This document shows positions 8,846 through 19,684 of a DNA stretch of 27,613 bases, piece by piece. The translations under genes were made by a program, and so were the position numbers. The DNA comes from Chloroflexota bacterium (GTDB lineage: Bacteria > Chloroflexota > Dehalococcoidia > Lucifugimonadales > JADFKI01), in NCBI GenBank assembly GCA_027623195.1, contig JAQBUT010000033.1, positions 1-27,613 on the forward strand, written 5' to 3'. The notes under the pieces are model-generated. The model was not told where the DNA came from. It ran no database searches and saw nothing but the letters and a program-made list of their open reading frames with translations. How positions within the stretch are numbered: position 1 is the stretch's first letter; every line of letters starts with the position of its first letter.

Positions 8846-9994
8846 CTATTCAATTTGCTTGTTGCCGAAAACAACCAGGTGTATTTCCGGTACAGTTACG
8901 TGCTGAATGAGTTCCGTAGGCAACGGATCGGGGTCGAAGCTTTTGTGCACCCCTGTTAGCTGCCAACCATCCAGGGCGACCTCCTCGACCGTGTATTGGC
9001 CCACATCGCCTATGACCCAGATGGGCGTGTAGGACAACTGGGTTACACCCAGAGGGTCTGTTATCAGGAAGGGCCAACCGCCACTCGTGGGGCTAATGCA
9101 GTTCTCATCCAAGTCCCCATTCGCCTCTACGCAGTAGCCAACGACGGTGAGGTCCTCGAATATGTTTCGCCCAAACTGGCTACGGGGTGACTCATCCCAA
9201 ACGCCATTGCCATCTTGGTCAAACCACTTGATAACGTCGAACATCAAGTCGCTGTCGTCCCCCAACACCTTGAAGTTGTCCGTCTTTATCTGGTCCCTAG
9301 AAGGGCCGAAAGCCTTGTCGGCCTTGGCGCAGAAGTCAGGACATGCATGCGGCTTTTGCAGACCGGCCCCAAGCTGGTTTGGAATATGGTTAACGTTGCC
9401 TCCCTTGGCTTCGTAAACACTAAGGGGGGTGACCCAGGCCTTGTAAACCCCGCCCGGGTTGGGAGTCGTGCCATAAGGCATCATCTGAACAAGGATAGAG
9501 CCATCGCTGCCATGGTCCGCATCGACATTGGTGTCGTGCTGACCGGACGCTCCTGTCACTCCAGGGTCCGTGGGATGCGGTGGATCGTCGTCAACATGGC
9601 AAGGTAAGGCCGAACTGGGGCCGCTGTTAGCCCAGTTATCGGTGCTGACGGGATCCGGCTCTGACGGCGGCACCCTGCGTACGATAATCCCTCCCATGGC
9701 TTCTATCATTCTGCACCTTGCAGGGTCTTGCGAAAGCAGAATTTTCCCCGAAGGATCTGTAATCTGAAAAACGTAGATATCGTCGGGTAGACCGGCCGCA
9801 GATGCGGGGGCATTAATTGGAGGGCCTCCGTCCAGATATACTTCTTTCTTGTCGTTGTATTTGACGTTCTGATTAACGAACGAACCATCAGGCGTCGTCG
9901 TGAAAATAGCACCAGACAGCGAAGCCGCCTGGACCGCCGAATTGGCGACAACCAAGACGAGCGCGAAGATTGAGGCGAATAGTACCGCTTTCAA
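8846..9994 (-). CDS. Secreted hypothetical protein with a C-terminal SpaA/SdrD-B-like beta domain; 5' end uncertain (in-frame TAG upstream)
   Basis: Signal peptide ending VQA-A; GAIFTT...VYLDGGP...YVFQITDPSG N-domain; KWFDQDGNGVWD, GQYTVEEV..GW, VVFGN C-domain pattern. Confidence 0.7.
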   Translation of the reverse strand: MKAVLFASIFALVLVVANSAVQAASLSGAIFTTTPDGSFVNQNVKYNDKKEVYLDGGPPINAPASAAGLPDDIYVFQITDPSGKILLSQDPARCRMIEAMGGIIVRRVPPSEPDPVSTDNWANSGPSSALPCHVDDDPPHPTDPGVTGASGQHDTNVDADHGSDGSILVQMMPYGTTPNPGGVYKAWVTPLSVYEAKGGNVNHIPNQLGAGLQKPHACPDFCAKADKAFGPSRDQIKTDNFKVLGDDSDLMFDVIKWFDQDGNGVWDESPRSQFGRNIFEDLTVVGYCVEANGDLDENCISPTSGGWPFLITDPLGVTQLSYTPIWVIGDVGQYTVEEVALDGWQLTGVHKSFDPDPLPTELIQHVTVPEIHLVVFGNKQIE

Positions 9995-10134
9995 CTTCAG
10001 GTTACTCTATAATGCGTTACCTATTAATTTCATGTCTTCCCTCAACTACTTTCTATATAGGTCTATTAAGCCATGCCAGTGAGTATCCTTCCGGACCGCA
10101 CCTAGATTAATCCCCTCCTTTTTCGATTTGATGA

Positions 10135-10163
10135 AGTCTAGCAATACCGGCCCATTGCGTCAA
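10135..10163 (-). promoter_or_regulatory. Sigma70-type promoter for the secreted protein gene
   Basis: TTGACG-17 nt-TAGACT with extended -10 TG. Confidence 0.6.
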
Positions 10164-10319
10164 ATACAAAGCTAAAAAACATATATCCCCCCAAATATGT
10201 GTACCTGACATACGTATCATATCGAATATTAAGGTCCATACACAGAAAGAATGGAGAAGGTCCTTGATAGCACATCCTACAGACAGACGACACCTCTCAA
10301 CGTAGTCATAATTTATGGC

Positions 10320-10350
10320 AAAAAAATACCGCCCATGAAGGTAGGCGGTA
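10320..10350 (-). terminator. Rho-independent terminator closing the 16S-tRNA-Ala unit
   Basis: On -: TACCGCCTA-CCTTCA-TGGGCGGTA then TTTTTTT. Confidence 0.8.
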
Positions 10351-10440
10351 AATGATAAATCTGTTATTGACGAAGACGAAAGAATCGGAATATGCAGTAA
10401 CTACGTTTGCCGTTGGTCGGAAGGGGGCCCAGTGACGGAC

Positions 10441-10516
10441 TGGTGGAGCTGCGGGGACTCGAACCCCGTACCCCCTACTTGCAAAGCAGGTGCTCTCCCT
10501 GATGAGCTACAGCCCC
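10441..10516 (-). tRNA. tRNA-Ala (TGC)
   Basis: 76-nt cloverleaf GGGGCTG...CAGCTCCACCA; anticodon TGC; G3:U70 identity pair; TTCGAGT T-loop; encoded CCA. Confidence 0.98.
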
Positions 10517-10610
10517 ACGTGAGCTATCAGCATCAGGCAATCAGGGATCAGCGGGGTTGGGGAATGGTGCTAACAGCTAATCACTGAAAGCTGGTGCCTA
10601 CAATAAGAAA

Positions 10611-10641
10611 ACCTTAACCACTGGATAGTGAGAGGAAACAC
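10611..10641 (-). repeat. 3' arm of the 16S processing stem
   Basis: Reverse complement of 12340..12370 at 30 of 31 positions. Confidence 0.85.
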
Positions 10642-10837
10642 TTTTTTACTTTACTGAAAAAACGGTAGGTTTTCTCAGGGAGATGACTTTGAGGTTCAAG
10701 GAGCTCCACCCGACGAATCGGGTTCCGACTCTACTATCCGTCTCTATCATCCCGCCTACCGAACGACCTAGGAGCAACACCCATTTGGCTTTGGTCGGTT
10801 ACCCGACTGTTGGCCGCGTGGGCCTTGGTATTCTCCC

Positions 10838-12338
<1,501 letters not shown>

Positions 12339-12339
12339 T

Positions 12340-12370
12340 GTGTTTCCTCTCACTATCCAGTTGTTAAGGT
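12340..12370 (-). repeat. 5' arm of the 16S processing stem, containing a boxA-like ACCTTAACAA
   Basis: Complementary to 10611..10641. Confidence 0.85.
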
Positions 12371-12455
12371 GCTCCAAGGGGATTCATCCTAAACCAAGTA
12401 AAACCTGGTGTCAAGGACGACCGAACCCTCGCGACATTTCTCAATGTCTAAGTAC

Positions 12456-12484
12456 ATGGTAGACGATGGGAACTGGGTCGTCAA
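12456..12484 (-). promoter_or_regulatory. rRNA promoter
   Basis: TTGACG-17 nt-TACCAT, about 115 nt upstream of the 16S. Confidence 0.7.
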
Positions 12485-12573
12485 TAGAATTACACCCACC
12501 AATTTTAAGGCAGGCTAACTGCCCATTTGAACCACACGGCGGCTGTAAAATCAGCCATGCCAGAGGCTAATTT

Positions 12574-13494
12574 CTAGCCTCCAAGCTCCGCCAAAAGGCT
12601 CTGCACATAGTTGAGGCTTCGCTGGTCTTTGTAGAGCTGGTCGCCGGTGTTAGCCCCTTCTATTGCCAGGTAGCCATCGTAACCTGCCTCCAGCATTGCG
12701 CTGATGGCGTAGCGATAGTCGATGTCGCCATCCGGCAGAGGCACGCGCAAAAAGTAGGTATGGTCCACCTCCGGAATATGGATTCTCTGCAAATTCTTGC
12801 AATGCCAATATTTCGATCTCGACGCAACTGCATCTATGCATTGCTCGCTGGACTCCTCAGGTGTTTCGTAAGTCCAGAGCACGTTGCCAAGGTCCGGGTT
12901 TACGTGCACGTATGGGCTGTCGGTTATCTCCAACAGTTGCAGCGTCGTCCAACTGTTGTCGGCGAGGGAGTGCTGGTGCACCTCAATAGTGATGTTAATC
13001 CCGTTGTCACCGGCCTTACCCCCTACTACTTTGAGAGCTTTGGCTGTGCGGGCGTAATCGTCGGCTGTGGCCATCTGGCTGGAGCCGTGGGACTGCGGAG
13101 CGCCATTGGCGCCGGTGCTAATTTTGGGGTTTCTTGCGGGACTGGTTAGGGCCGTGTTCACGATGTCCGCCCCTAACCAGGATGCTATCTCAACGCACTT
13201 CTCCAGTCGTTTTTTGCTCTGGTCCATGGCATCCGGCTGGCAAAGGCTACCGCCCGCGCGAATGGCAACACATGGCACGCCTGCGTCGTCCAGTTCTCGC
13301 TTCAGTTCCAGAACCTGATCTTTGGAAGCCTGCAGACCACCAAAATTGTTCACACCGAGCTCGATGCCATCGAAGCCAATCTCTTTGACTTTGTTGAGAT
13401 AACCCTTGCGGGTCTTGCCGTTAGGCAAAATCCACGCCTCGTCGGCGTAAAAGGGATAAAAGGCGCTGCGCCTGAATGCGTACGCAAATTTCAT
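12574..13494 (-). CDS. Sugar phosphate isomerase/epimerase (AP endonuclease 2 TIM barrel) family, 306 aa
   Basis: GFDGIEL, ITIEVHQ, NPDLGN, WHCKN, GDIDY, GYDGYLAIE; start moved to the ATG at 13494 (GGAGG SD 6 nt upstream). Confidence 0.85.
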   Translation of the reverse strand: MKFAYAFRRSAFYPFYADEAWILPNGKTRKGYLNKVKEIGFDGIELGVNNFGGLQASKDQVLELKRELDDAGVPCVAIRAGGSLCQPDAMDQSKKRLEKCVEIASWLGADIVNTALTSPARNPKISTGANGAPQSHGSSQMATADDYARTAKALKVVGGKAGDNGINITIEVHQHSLADNSWTTLQLLEITDSPYVHVNPDLGNVLWTYETPEESSEQCIDAVASRSKYWHCKNLQRIHIPEVDHTYFLRVPLPDGDIDYRYAISAMLEAGYDGYLAIEGANTGDQLYKDQRSLNYVQSLLAELGG

Positions 13495-13638
13495 ATAATT
13501 CCTCCAGAAATTGGTATTTATTCTGAGCAACTAGTTCATAGTTTGCCTGACGACCGCAACCGTGACCTTGTAATTCATAGCCGAAGACATACCAAGGGGT
13601 GCGTTAAAAAGACTGGTTATTTTCGACGGAGATGCCGG

Positions 13639-14400
13639 TTACCGTGCTACGTAGCCGCCGTCGACGGGCATCGCGTGGCCTGTCACGAATGACGCTGCGT
13701 CCGAGCAGAGCCAAACGACCGTCTCGGCTATTTCGTCCGGCGTGCCGAATCTTCCAACGGGCTGCATCGCCATATACATCTCCCTCCGTCCGGGTTCCCG
13801 TGCCATCAGGCGATCGGTCATCGGTGAGGCAACAGCCCCAGGGCAAACAGCATTCACCCTGATACCGTGAATCGCATACTCAAGAGCGGCCACTTTGGTC
13901 ATCCCGACCACGCCGTGCTTCGCCGCACCGTAAGCGGTTGAGCCTTCCATGCCGATCAGTCCGGCTATCGACGATGTGTTGACGATGGCCCCGCCGCCTT
14001 GTTCCAGCATCTGTGAGATTTCGTACTTCATGCTAAGCCAGACGCCCTTTAAATTAATGGCGATGACGCGGTCCCACTCGTCTTCCGGGAAATCTGCCGT
14101 AGGTACGCGGAGTCCCTCGATGCCTGCGTTGTTGTGGGCTGCATCAAGTCTGCCGTAGGTCTCGACGGTTTTGCTGATGAGCGCCTCTACATGAGCGGTC
14201 CGCGAAACGTCTGCATGTACGAATGTCGCTTCGCCGCCCAAGGCTTTTATCATGCTGACCGTCTCCTCGCCACCCTCGGCGTTGACATCCGAAACTACGA
14301 CTTTGGCTCTGTCTCTTGCGAACGTCAGCGCAGTGGCCCGACCTATACCAGTGCTTCCACCGGTGACCAGTGCAACCTTGCCATCAAAGCCTTCTGCCAT
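13639..14400 (-). CDS. Classical short-chain dehydrogenase/reductase
   Basis: TGGSTGIG, NNAG, YGAAK, IRVNAVCPG, VDGG. Confidence 0.95.
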   Translation of the reverse strand: MAEGFDGKVALVTGGSTGIGRATALTFARDRAKVVVSDVNAEGGEETVSMIKALGGEATFVHADVSRTAHVEALISKTVETYGRLDAAHNNAGIEGLRVPTADFPEDEWDRVIAINLKGVWLSMKYEISQMLEQGGGAIVNTSSIAGLIGMEGSTAYGAAKHGVVGMTKVAALEYAIHGIRVNAVCPGAVASPMTDRLMAREPGRREMYMAMQPVGRFGTPDEIAETVVWLCSDAASFVTGHAMPVDGGYVAR

Positions 14401-14489
14401 ACGGAAGCCTCCTTTGCAGCCAGTTGAGTCGCGGGTCCGTGGGACCGATTCTGACTCAAATTGCTAATAACTATTTACTCGGAAATCTC

Positions 14490-15707
14490 TCACGCCACCA
14501 GTTCAAACGACTTCTCTGCCATATCAACTATGTAGCGGCTAATGGTCAGCGACGACGTAGCGCCCGGTGATGGAGCGCTGAGCACGTGTATGGCGTTCTC
14601 GGTCTCCGAGATCGCGAAGTCTTGTAGAAGATTGCCATTTCTGTCGACGGCCTGGGCACGTACACCACCGCCTGGCTCCGAAAGGTCTTCCATCTGTATC
14701 TCGGGCATCAGTGTTTGCAGAGACTTCAAGAACACCGACTTTCGCAATGAGCGGTACTGCTCATCGACGCCGACCTTCCAGTAGGAGGCTGACATCTTCC
14801 AAAACCCTGGGAAGGTGAACATACCCATAACATCTTTGAAGTTGAAGTTGGTCTTCTTGTAACCCTCTCTTGCCATGGCCAGCACGGCGTTGGGCCCGGC
14901 CTCGACACCGCCCGTGATGCGCTTGGTGAAGTGCACGCCTAGGAACGGCAGGGCAGGATTCGGCACAGGGTAAATCAGACCCTTCACCAGATACTCTCGT
15001 TCCGGTATTATCGAGAAATACTCGCCACGGAAGGGCACAATACGCAAGCCAGGATCGACGCCCATCATTCGGGCCACAGAGTCAGCGTGAAGCCCAGCGC
15101 AATTTATAACCCGTTTGGTCTGAATCTCTCCCTTTGACGTTTCCAGGAAAATCTTGCCGTCGCGACGGTTTATGCTGTGCACAGCTGTGTTGGTGAACAG
15201 GTCGCCACCGTTCTCCCGGTACTCTATGGAATAGGCGTCTGAAACCTTCTTGAAGTCGACGATGCCTGTGTTGGGAGAGAAGATAGCTTTTATCCCGGCG
15301 GCATGAGGCTCCAGCTCTTTCAGTCGCTCAGGGCCGACCATCTCCAGACCCTGTGCGCCGTTGGCCGTCCCCCTCTCTAGCAGATTGTCGAGACGCGGCA
15401 CCTCTTCATCGTTTACAGCAACAATGAGTTTGCCGCACATCTCGTACTCGATGCCGTGCTCGTCACAGAACTCCCGCAGCAGCCTGCCACCGACAGAGCA
15501 GAAATTGGCCTTCTGAGTGCCCGGCGCATAGTAAATCCCGGCATGAATGACTCCGCTGTTGTGACCAGTCTGATGCAACGCCACGTCCCCGTCCTTTTCC
15601 AGAACGGCAATCTTGTAACGCGGATACTCTTTTGCCAGAGTCATGGCCGTGGCAAGCCCGATTATTCCGGCCCCTATAATCGCGATGTCGTACTCCTGAG
15701 AGTTCAT
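14490..15707 (-). CDS. lhgO: L-2-hydroxyglutarate oxidase (FAD-dependent)
   Basis: GAGIIG, HQTGHNSGVIHAGIYY, PFRGEY, IYPVP..PFLGVHFT, GVRAQA, APSPGATSSL. Confidence 0.9.
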   Translation of the reverse strand: MNSQEYDIAIIGAGIIGLATAMTLAKEYPRYKIAVLEKDGDVALHQTGHNSGVIHAGIYYAPGTQKANFCSVGGRLLREFCDEHGIEYEMCGKLIVAVNDEEVPRLDNLLERGTANGAQGLEMVGPERLKELEPHAAGIKAIFSPNTGIVDFKKVSDAYSIEYRENGGDLFTNTAVHSINRRDGKIFLETSKGEIQTKRVINCAGLHADSVARMMGVDPGLRIVPFRGEYFSIIPEREYLVKGLIYPVPNPALPFLGVHFTKRITGGVEAGPNAVLAMAREGYKKTNFNFKDVMGMFTFPGFWKMSASYWKVGVDEQYRSLRKSVFLKSLQTLMPEIQMEDLSEPGGGVRAQAVDRNGNLLQDFAISETENAIHVLSAPSPGATSSLTISRYIVDMAEKSFELVA

Positions 15708-15881
15708 AATCTCGCCTTCTTCCTGCCTCTAAAATTCGCCCCGATTCTACCACGTCCAATTCACTTGGTACAGGCGAGCATGAGTCCGGTCGGTTCCATA
15801 CGAACGGCTGTCGTGCTAATCTAGTCCGGGCGAAACGAAGCTGCGAATGAACGAACTCATGTCTGGCCTAGTTACGCTGAT

Positions 15882-15919
15882 CTCACCCCCGTTCCTCCTC
15901 TACGTCGACGGAGAGGGGG
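15882..15919. repeat. Degenerate REP-like palindromic unit
   Basis: CTCACCCCC...CCTCTAC-GTCGAC-GGAGAGGGG; same architecture as the units at 23016..23094. Confidence 0.35.
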
Positions 15920-16063
15920 CGCACAAGCAAACCTTGTGCGCGGATTTGCGTGGCGTTGAATGCCGTACTATCAAATGCATGTAGCTTAAATGGGGTTCGT
16001 AGGAGTCCTGCAGATGCTTGAACCCATCAAAATCAATCGGAAAAAAACCAACCGGAGGACATC

Positions 16064-17485
16064 ATGCCCGACAACGACATCTGCTTCCTAACCGCCACCG
16101 AGATGGCCCAGGGAATCTTATCCAAGAAATTCTCGGCAGGCGAGGTCATGGAGGCCCACCTGGCGCAGATCGAACGCGTCAACCCCGGCGTTAACGCCAT
16201 CGTGACGCTTATAGCCGACCAGGCCGTTGCCGAAGCCAGGGCGGCTGACGAAGCACTGGCCAAAGGCCAAGAGCTTGGCCCCCTCCACGGCCTGCCTGTT
16301 GTGCACAAGGACCTGCTCCCGACCAAGGGAGTCCGAACAACCTACGGCTCGCCAATCTATAAGGACTACGTTCCGGACCACGATGCGCTCATCGTAGAGC
16401 GTCTCAAGAGCACCGGGGCGATATCTATCGGCAAGTCCAACACGCCGGAGTTCGGCGCAGGCTCCCAGACGTTCAACGAGGTCTTCGGACGAACGTTGAA
16501 CCCGTACGACCTCACCAAGACGTGCGGCGGCAGCAGCGGAGGCGCGGCGGTCTCCCTGGCGTGCGGCATGGTGCCTATTGCCGACGGCAGCGACATGGGC
16601 GGCTCTCTGCGAAACCCAGCCAACTTCTGCAACATCGTGGGCTTCCGTCCGTCCCTGGGAAGGGTTCCCACATGGCCCAACGGGTCCCCCTGGTCGTACA
16701 TGTCGGTGCAGGGCCCCATGGCGCGAACCGTGCAGGACGTGGCCCTCATGTTGAGCGCCATCGCCGGCCCCGACCGTCGTTCGCCCACAGCCAATACCCA
16801 GCCCGGCGATTATTTTAGAAGTACGCCGCTGGCCCGTGATTTCGGCGGAGCCCGCATTGCCTGGAGCATGGACATGGGCGGACTGCCCTTCGACCCACGA
16901 GTGACCTCCACTATCGAGAAGCAACGCGGCGTATTCGAGGCGCTAGGCTGCCAAATCGACGAGGCGGCCCCTGACTTCTCGGGAGCCAACGAGGCATTCA
17001 TGGTCAACCGAGCGGTGGGATTCGCAACCAGCCGCTACCCACTTCTGCAAGAGTTCCGCGACCAGCTCAAGGACACGGTAATCTGGAACGTCGAGGAAGG
17101 CTTGAAACTCACAGCCCTGGAGATAGGCAACGCGGAGGCCAAGCGCGCGGAGGTATTCCATAATGTGCGGCAGTTCATGGAGACCTACGAGTTCATGATC
17201 TTCCCGGTTAGCCAGCACCCGCCTTTCGACGTTATGCAGCCCTACGTGACAGAAGTTAACGGTGTGAAGATGGACACGTACATCGACTGGATGCGCTCAT
17301 GCTACTACGTCACCGTTACGGGACATCCGGCCATCTCCGTGCCCTGCGGCTTCACAGAGGACGGCCTGCCCGTGGGCGTCCAGATCGTCGGACGGCACCA
17401 GGACGACTTCGGAGTGCTCCAGCTAGCCTACGCCTTCCAGGAGGCTACGGGTTTTTGGAAGCAACGGCCGGGCGTTACCGAATAG
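16064..17485 (+). CDS. Amidase-signature family amidase
   Basis: HKD catalytic Lys, GKSNTPEFG, GGSSGG, GSDMGGSLRNPA; GGAGG SD. Confidence 0.95.
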   Translation: MPDNDICFLTATEMAQGILSKKFSAGEVMEAHLAQIERVNPGVNAIVTLIADQAVAEARAADEALAKGQELGPLHGLPVVHKDLLPTKGVRTTYGSPIYKDYVPDHDALIVERLKSTGAISIGKSNTPEFGAGSQTFNEVFGRTLNPYDLTKTCGGSSGGAAVSLACGMVPIADGSDMGGSLRNPANFCNIVGFRPSLGRVPTWPNGSPWSYMSVQGPMARTVQDVALMLSAIAGPDRRSPTANTQPGDYFRSTPLARDFGGARIAWSMDMGGLPFDPRVTSTIEKQRGVFEALGCQIDEAAPDFSGANEAFMVNRAVGFATSRYPLLQEFRDQLKDTVIWNVEEGLKLTALEIGNAEAKRAEVFHNVRQFMETYEFMIFPVSQHPPFDVMQPYVTEVNGVKMDTYIDWMRSCYYVTVTGHPAISVPCGFTEDGLPVGVQIVGRHQDDFGVLQLAYAFQEATGFWKQRPGVTE

Positions 17486-17526
17486 GATTTTGCTACGGGC
17501 CATTGGCCACAAATCGGAGGCACTAG

Positions 17527-18025
17527 GTGAGCTATTCAGCAAAGATAGGCATACCCGTTACCGTGGTCGGGATATTGCTCTTGGTACCGGGCTTCCTCAT
17601 ATTCAACAACACCAGGGCATTTGTGGCAGATTCCCTTTCCACGACAGGCGCCATAGTAGATTTCGATGTGCAGGGCAGGCAAGCGAACTCGACCTATCAT
17701 CCCATCGTCGAATTCACCACTGATGGGGGGGGAAACAGTCAGGTTCACCGTGGGCGTCCATGAAAACCATGACAGCCCTCCAAACGAGACTGTCCCTCCT
17801 GTCGAAACGGTAAATAGTAATGACTCCGAATTCCCAAAGCGCGAGGTTGGGGACTCCGTTAAGGTTCGTTACATGCCGTCGGACCCGGAAAATGCCAGGG
17901 TAGACTCTTTCTTCGAACTTTGGGTTATGCCCATTGGGCCGCTCGGTTTTGCCGTTCTTCTCGCTGTAAGCGGCGGTATATTGGTTTTGATCGGATTTAT
18001 GAACAGTCGACGAAAACGGGCCTGA
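17527..18025 (+). pseudogene. DUF3592-like membrane protein, frameshifted at a G8 tract (165 aa if G7)
   Basis: GGAGG SD and GTG; N-half TM..TTGAIVD..YHPIVEFTTDGG; C-half ETVRF..VGDSVKVRY.PSDPENARVDSFFELW and TM in the +1 frame; junction at G8 17725-17732. Confidence 0.75.
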
Positions 18026-18068
18026 TCATCGTATACCTGAGATTGATTCATCCCTGAAGGAGCGGCAC

Positions 18069-18779
18069 ATGACCGAAATTCTCTGCTACGCCGACAGCTA
18101 CTTGAAAGAGTTCGACGCCACGGTGACTGACGTTACCGCTAAGGGCGTCATCCTGGACAGAACCGCCTTTTACCCTGGCGGAGGCGGCCAGCCGGCAGAC
18201 AGCGGACTGCTCTCCGCCGGAGGCGACGTTTACGAGGTCAAGAAGCTGTCTCGCTCAGACGGCAAACTCGTCCACGAAATCGACGGCGATATGCCAGCCA
18301 TTGGAACGCCAGTCCACGGCGTGATGGACTGGGAACGCCGATACCAGCTTATGCGTACCCACACGGCGTTGCACATCCTCTGCGGAGTGGTGTGGCGCAA
18401 ATACGGTGCGCAGGTCACGGGCGGGAACATGCAGCCCGGTTCAGCCCGCATGGATTTCGAGTTGGAGAGCATGTCCTCGGACTTTGCAGAAACAGTCGAG
18501 GAACTCATTAACAAAGAGGTCGAGGCAGGCCGGGACATAGTAGTGGGCAACGTGCCCAGGGACGAGGCATTCAAGATTCCTGACCTAATTCGCACTAAGA
18601 TAAATCTGCTGCCGCCTGGTATAAAAGAGGTGCGTACCGTGGATATCACTGGGCTGGACCTGCAAGCAGACGGCGGAACACACGTAGCCAATACCGCCGA
18701 AGTAGGCCGTATCCGCGTAGTGGGCCACGAAAGCAAAGGGCGCATCAACAAGCGACTACGGATAGAAATCGATCTGTAG
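18069..18779 (+). CDS. alaX: Stand-alone alanyl-tRNA editing protein (AlaX-M type)
   Basis: LDRTAFYPGGGGQP, MRTHTALH, RMDF, QADGGTHV..TAEVG, KGRINKR. Confidence 0.9.
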   Translation: MTEILCYADSYLKEFDATVTDVTAKGVILDRTAFYPGGGGQPADSGLLSAGGDVYEVKKLSRSDGKLVHEIDGDMPAIGTPVHGVMDWERRYQLMRTHTALHILCGVVWRKYGAQVTGGNMQPGSARMDFELESMSSDFAETVEELINKEVEAGRDIVVGNVPRDEAFKIPDLIRTKINLLPPGIKEVRTVDITGLDLQADGGTHVANTAEVGRIRVVGHESKGRINKRLRIEIDL

Positions 18780-18815
18780 AACTGCATTCACTCTGGGATT
18801 ACAGGAGGGCTGATC

Positions 18816-19436
18816 ATGGTTGACCTTACTCAGCATCAGGAGCTGGTGGTAACCCAGCAGGTGGAGCACTTGGAAGCGTTCACCGGATTCGAGACTGCCA
18901 ATCGCTACAACATAATGACCGCAGAAGGCCAACACCTGCTATACGCCTTCGAAGAGTCAGGGACGATCAGCCGCCAATTCCTGGGCAACCATAGACCCCT
19001 AAGCATCCACATAGTTGAGGACGGAAGCCGAAAACTGCTTACAGCCCAGCGCGGCTTCTTCTGGTTCAAGTCGCACCTGCATGTACGAGACGACTCCGAC
19101 AACCACCTTGGCTCTCTGCAACGCCAAATAAAGTTCCTGGGCCGACGTTTCACGTTGGAAGGTCCCAAAGGGCAACCGATAGCTGAAGTTCGCGGGCGCA
19201 TGCTAAGACCACACACCTTCATGGTCCACGAACCCCAAGGCGAAGAAGTCGCACGAGTGACCAAGAAGTGGAGCGGCCTCCTTCGCGAAGGCTTCACCGA
19301 CGCCGACACCTTCCGATTACAGTTCCACAAGGAGTTGGACCAGGGTTTTCGCATGCTAATGCTAGCTACGGCATTTGCCATGGACCTGGACTTCTTCGAG
19401 AACAACAACAAGCGCTCGGGTTTCAACATCGGCTAG
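18816..19436 (+). CDS. Phospholipid scramblase / LURP-one-related protein
   Basis: EAFTGFETANRY, A.VTKKWSGLLREGFTDADTF, D.DFFE motifs; AGGAGG SD. Confidence 0.8.
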   Translation: MVDLTQHQELVVTQQVEHLEAFTGFETANRYNIMTAEGQHLLYAFEESGTISRQFLGNHRPLSIHIVEDGSRKLLTAQRGFFWFKSHLHVRDDSDNHLGSLQRQIKFLGRRFTLEGPKGQPIAEVRGRMLRPHTFMVHEPQGEEVARVTKKWSGLLREGFTDADTFRLQFHKELDQGFRMLMLATAFAMDLDFFENNNKRSGFNIG

Positions 19437-19684
19437 CCACCTGAGTCTCGACCCTGAGCGACGCAAGAAAGCGGCCTTCATAACCACTTTCGGCCAGAAG
19501 AAACCAACAATCTCACGGTTTTCACTCTAAACCTATGGTGTAATCCGTTTACAATCTGTCCACTTAACTTTCAGTATGTCCATAAGTAACGTTTCCGTAA
19601 CGATGGCTTAGTATTGGCCACATTTCGAGTCAACATCTACGCCCTCAGCCGGGAAACCGCCATATCAAATATGTAAGGAAATCC

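Noticed and set aside
16064..17485. GatA
   Set aside because: No gatC/gatB neighbours; looks like a general catabolic amidase
18069..18779. Functional clustering of alaX with tRNA-Ala
   Set aside because: 7.5 kb apart in separate transcription units; probably coincidence
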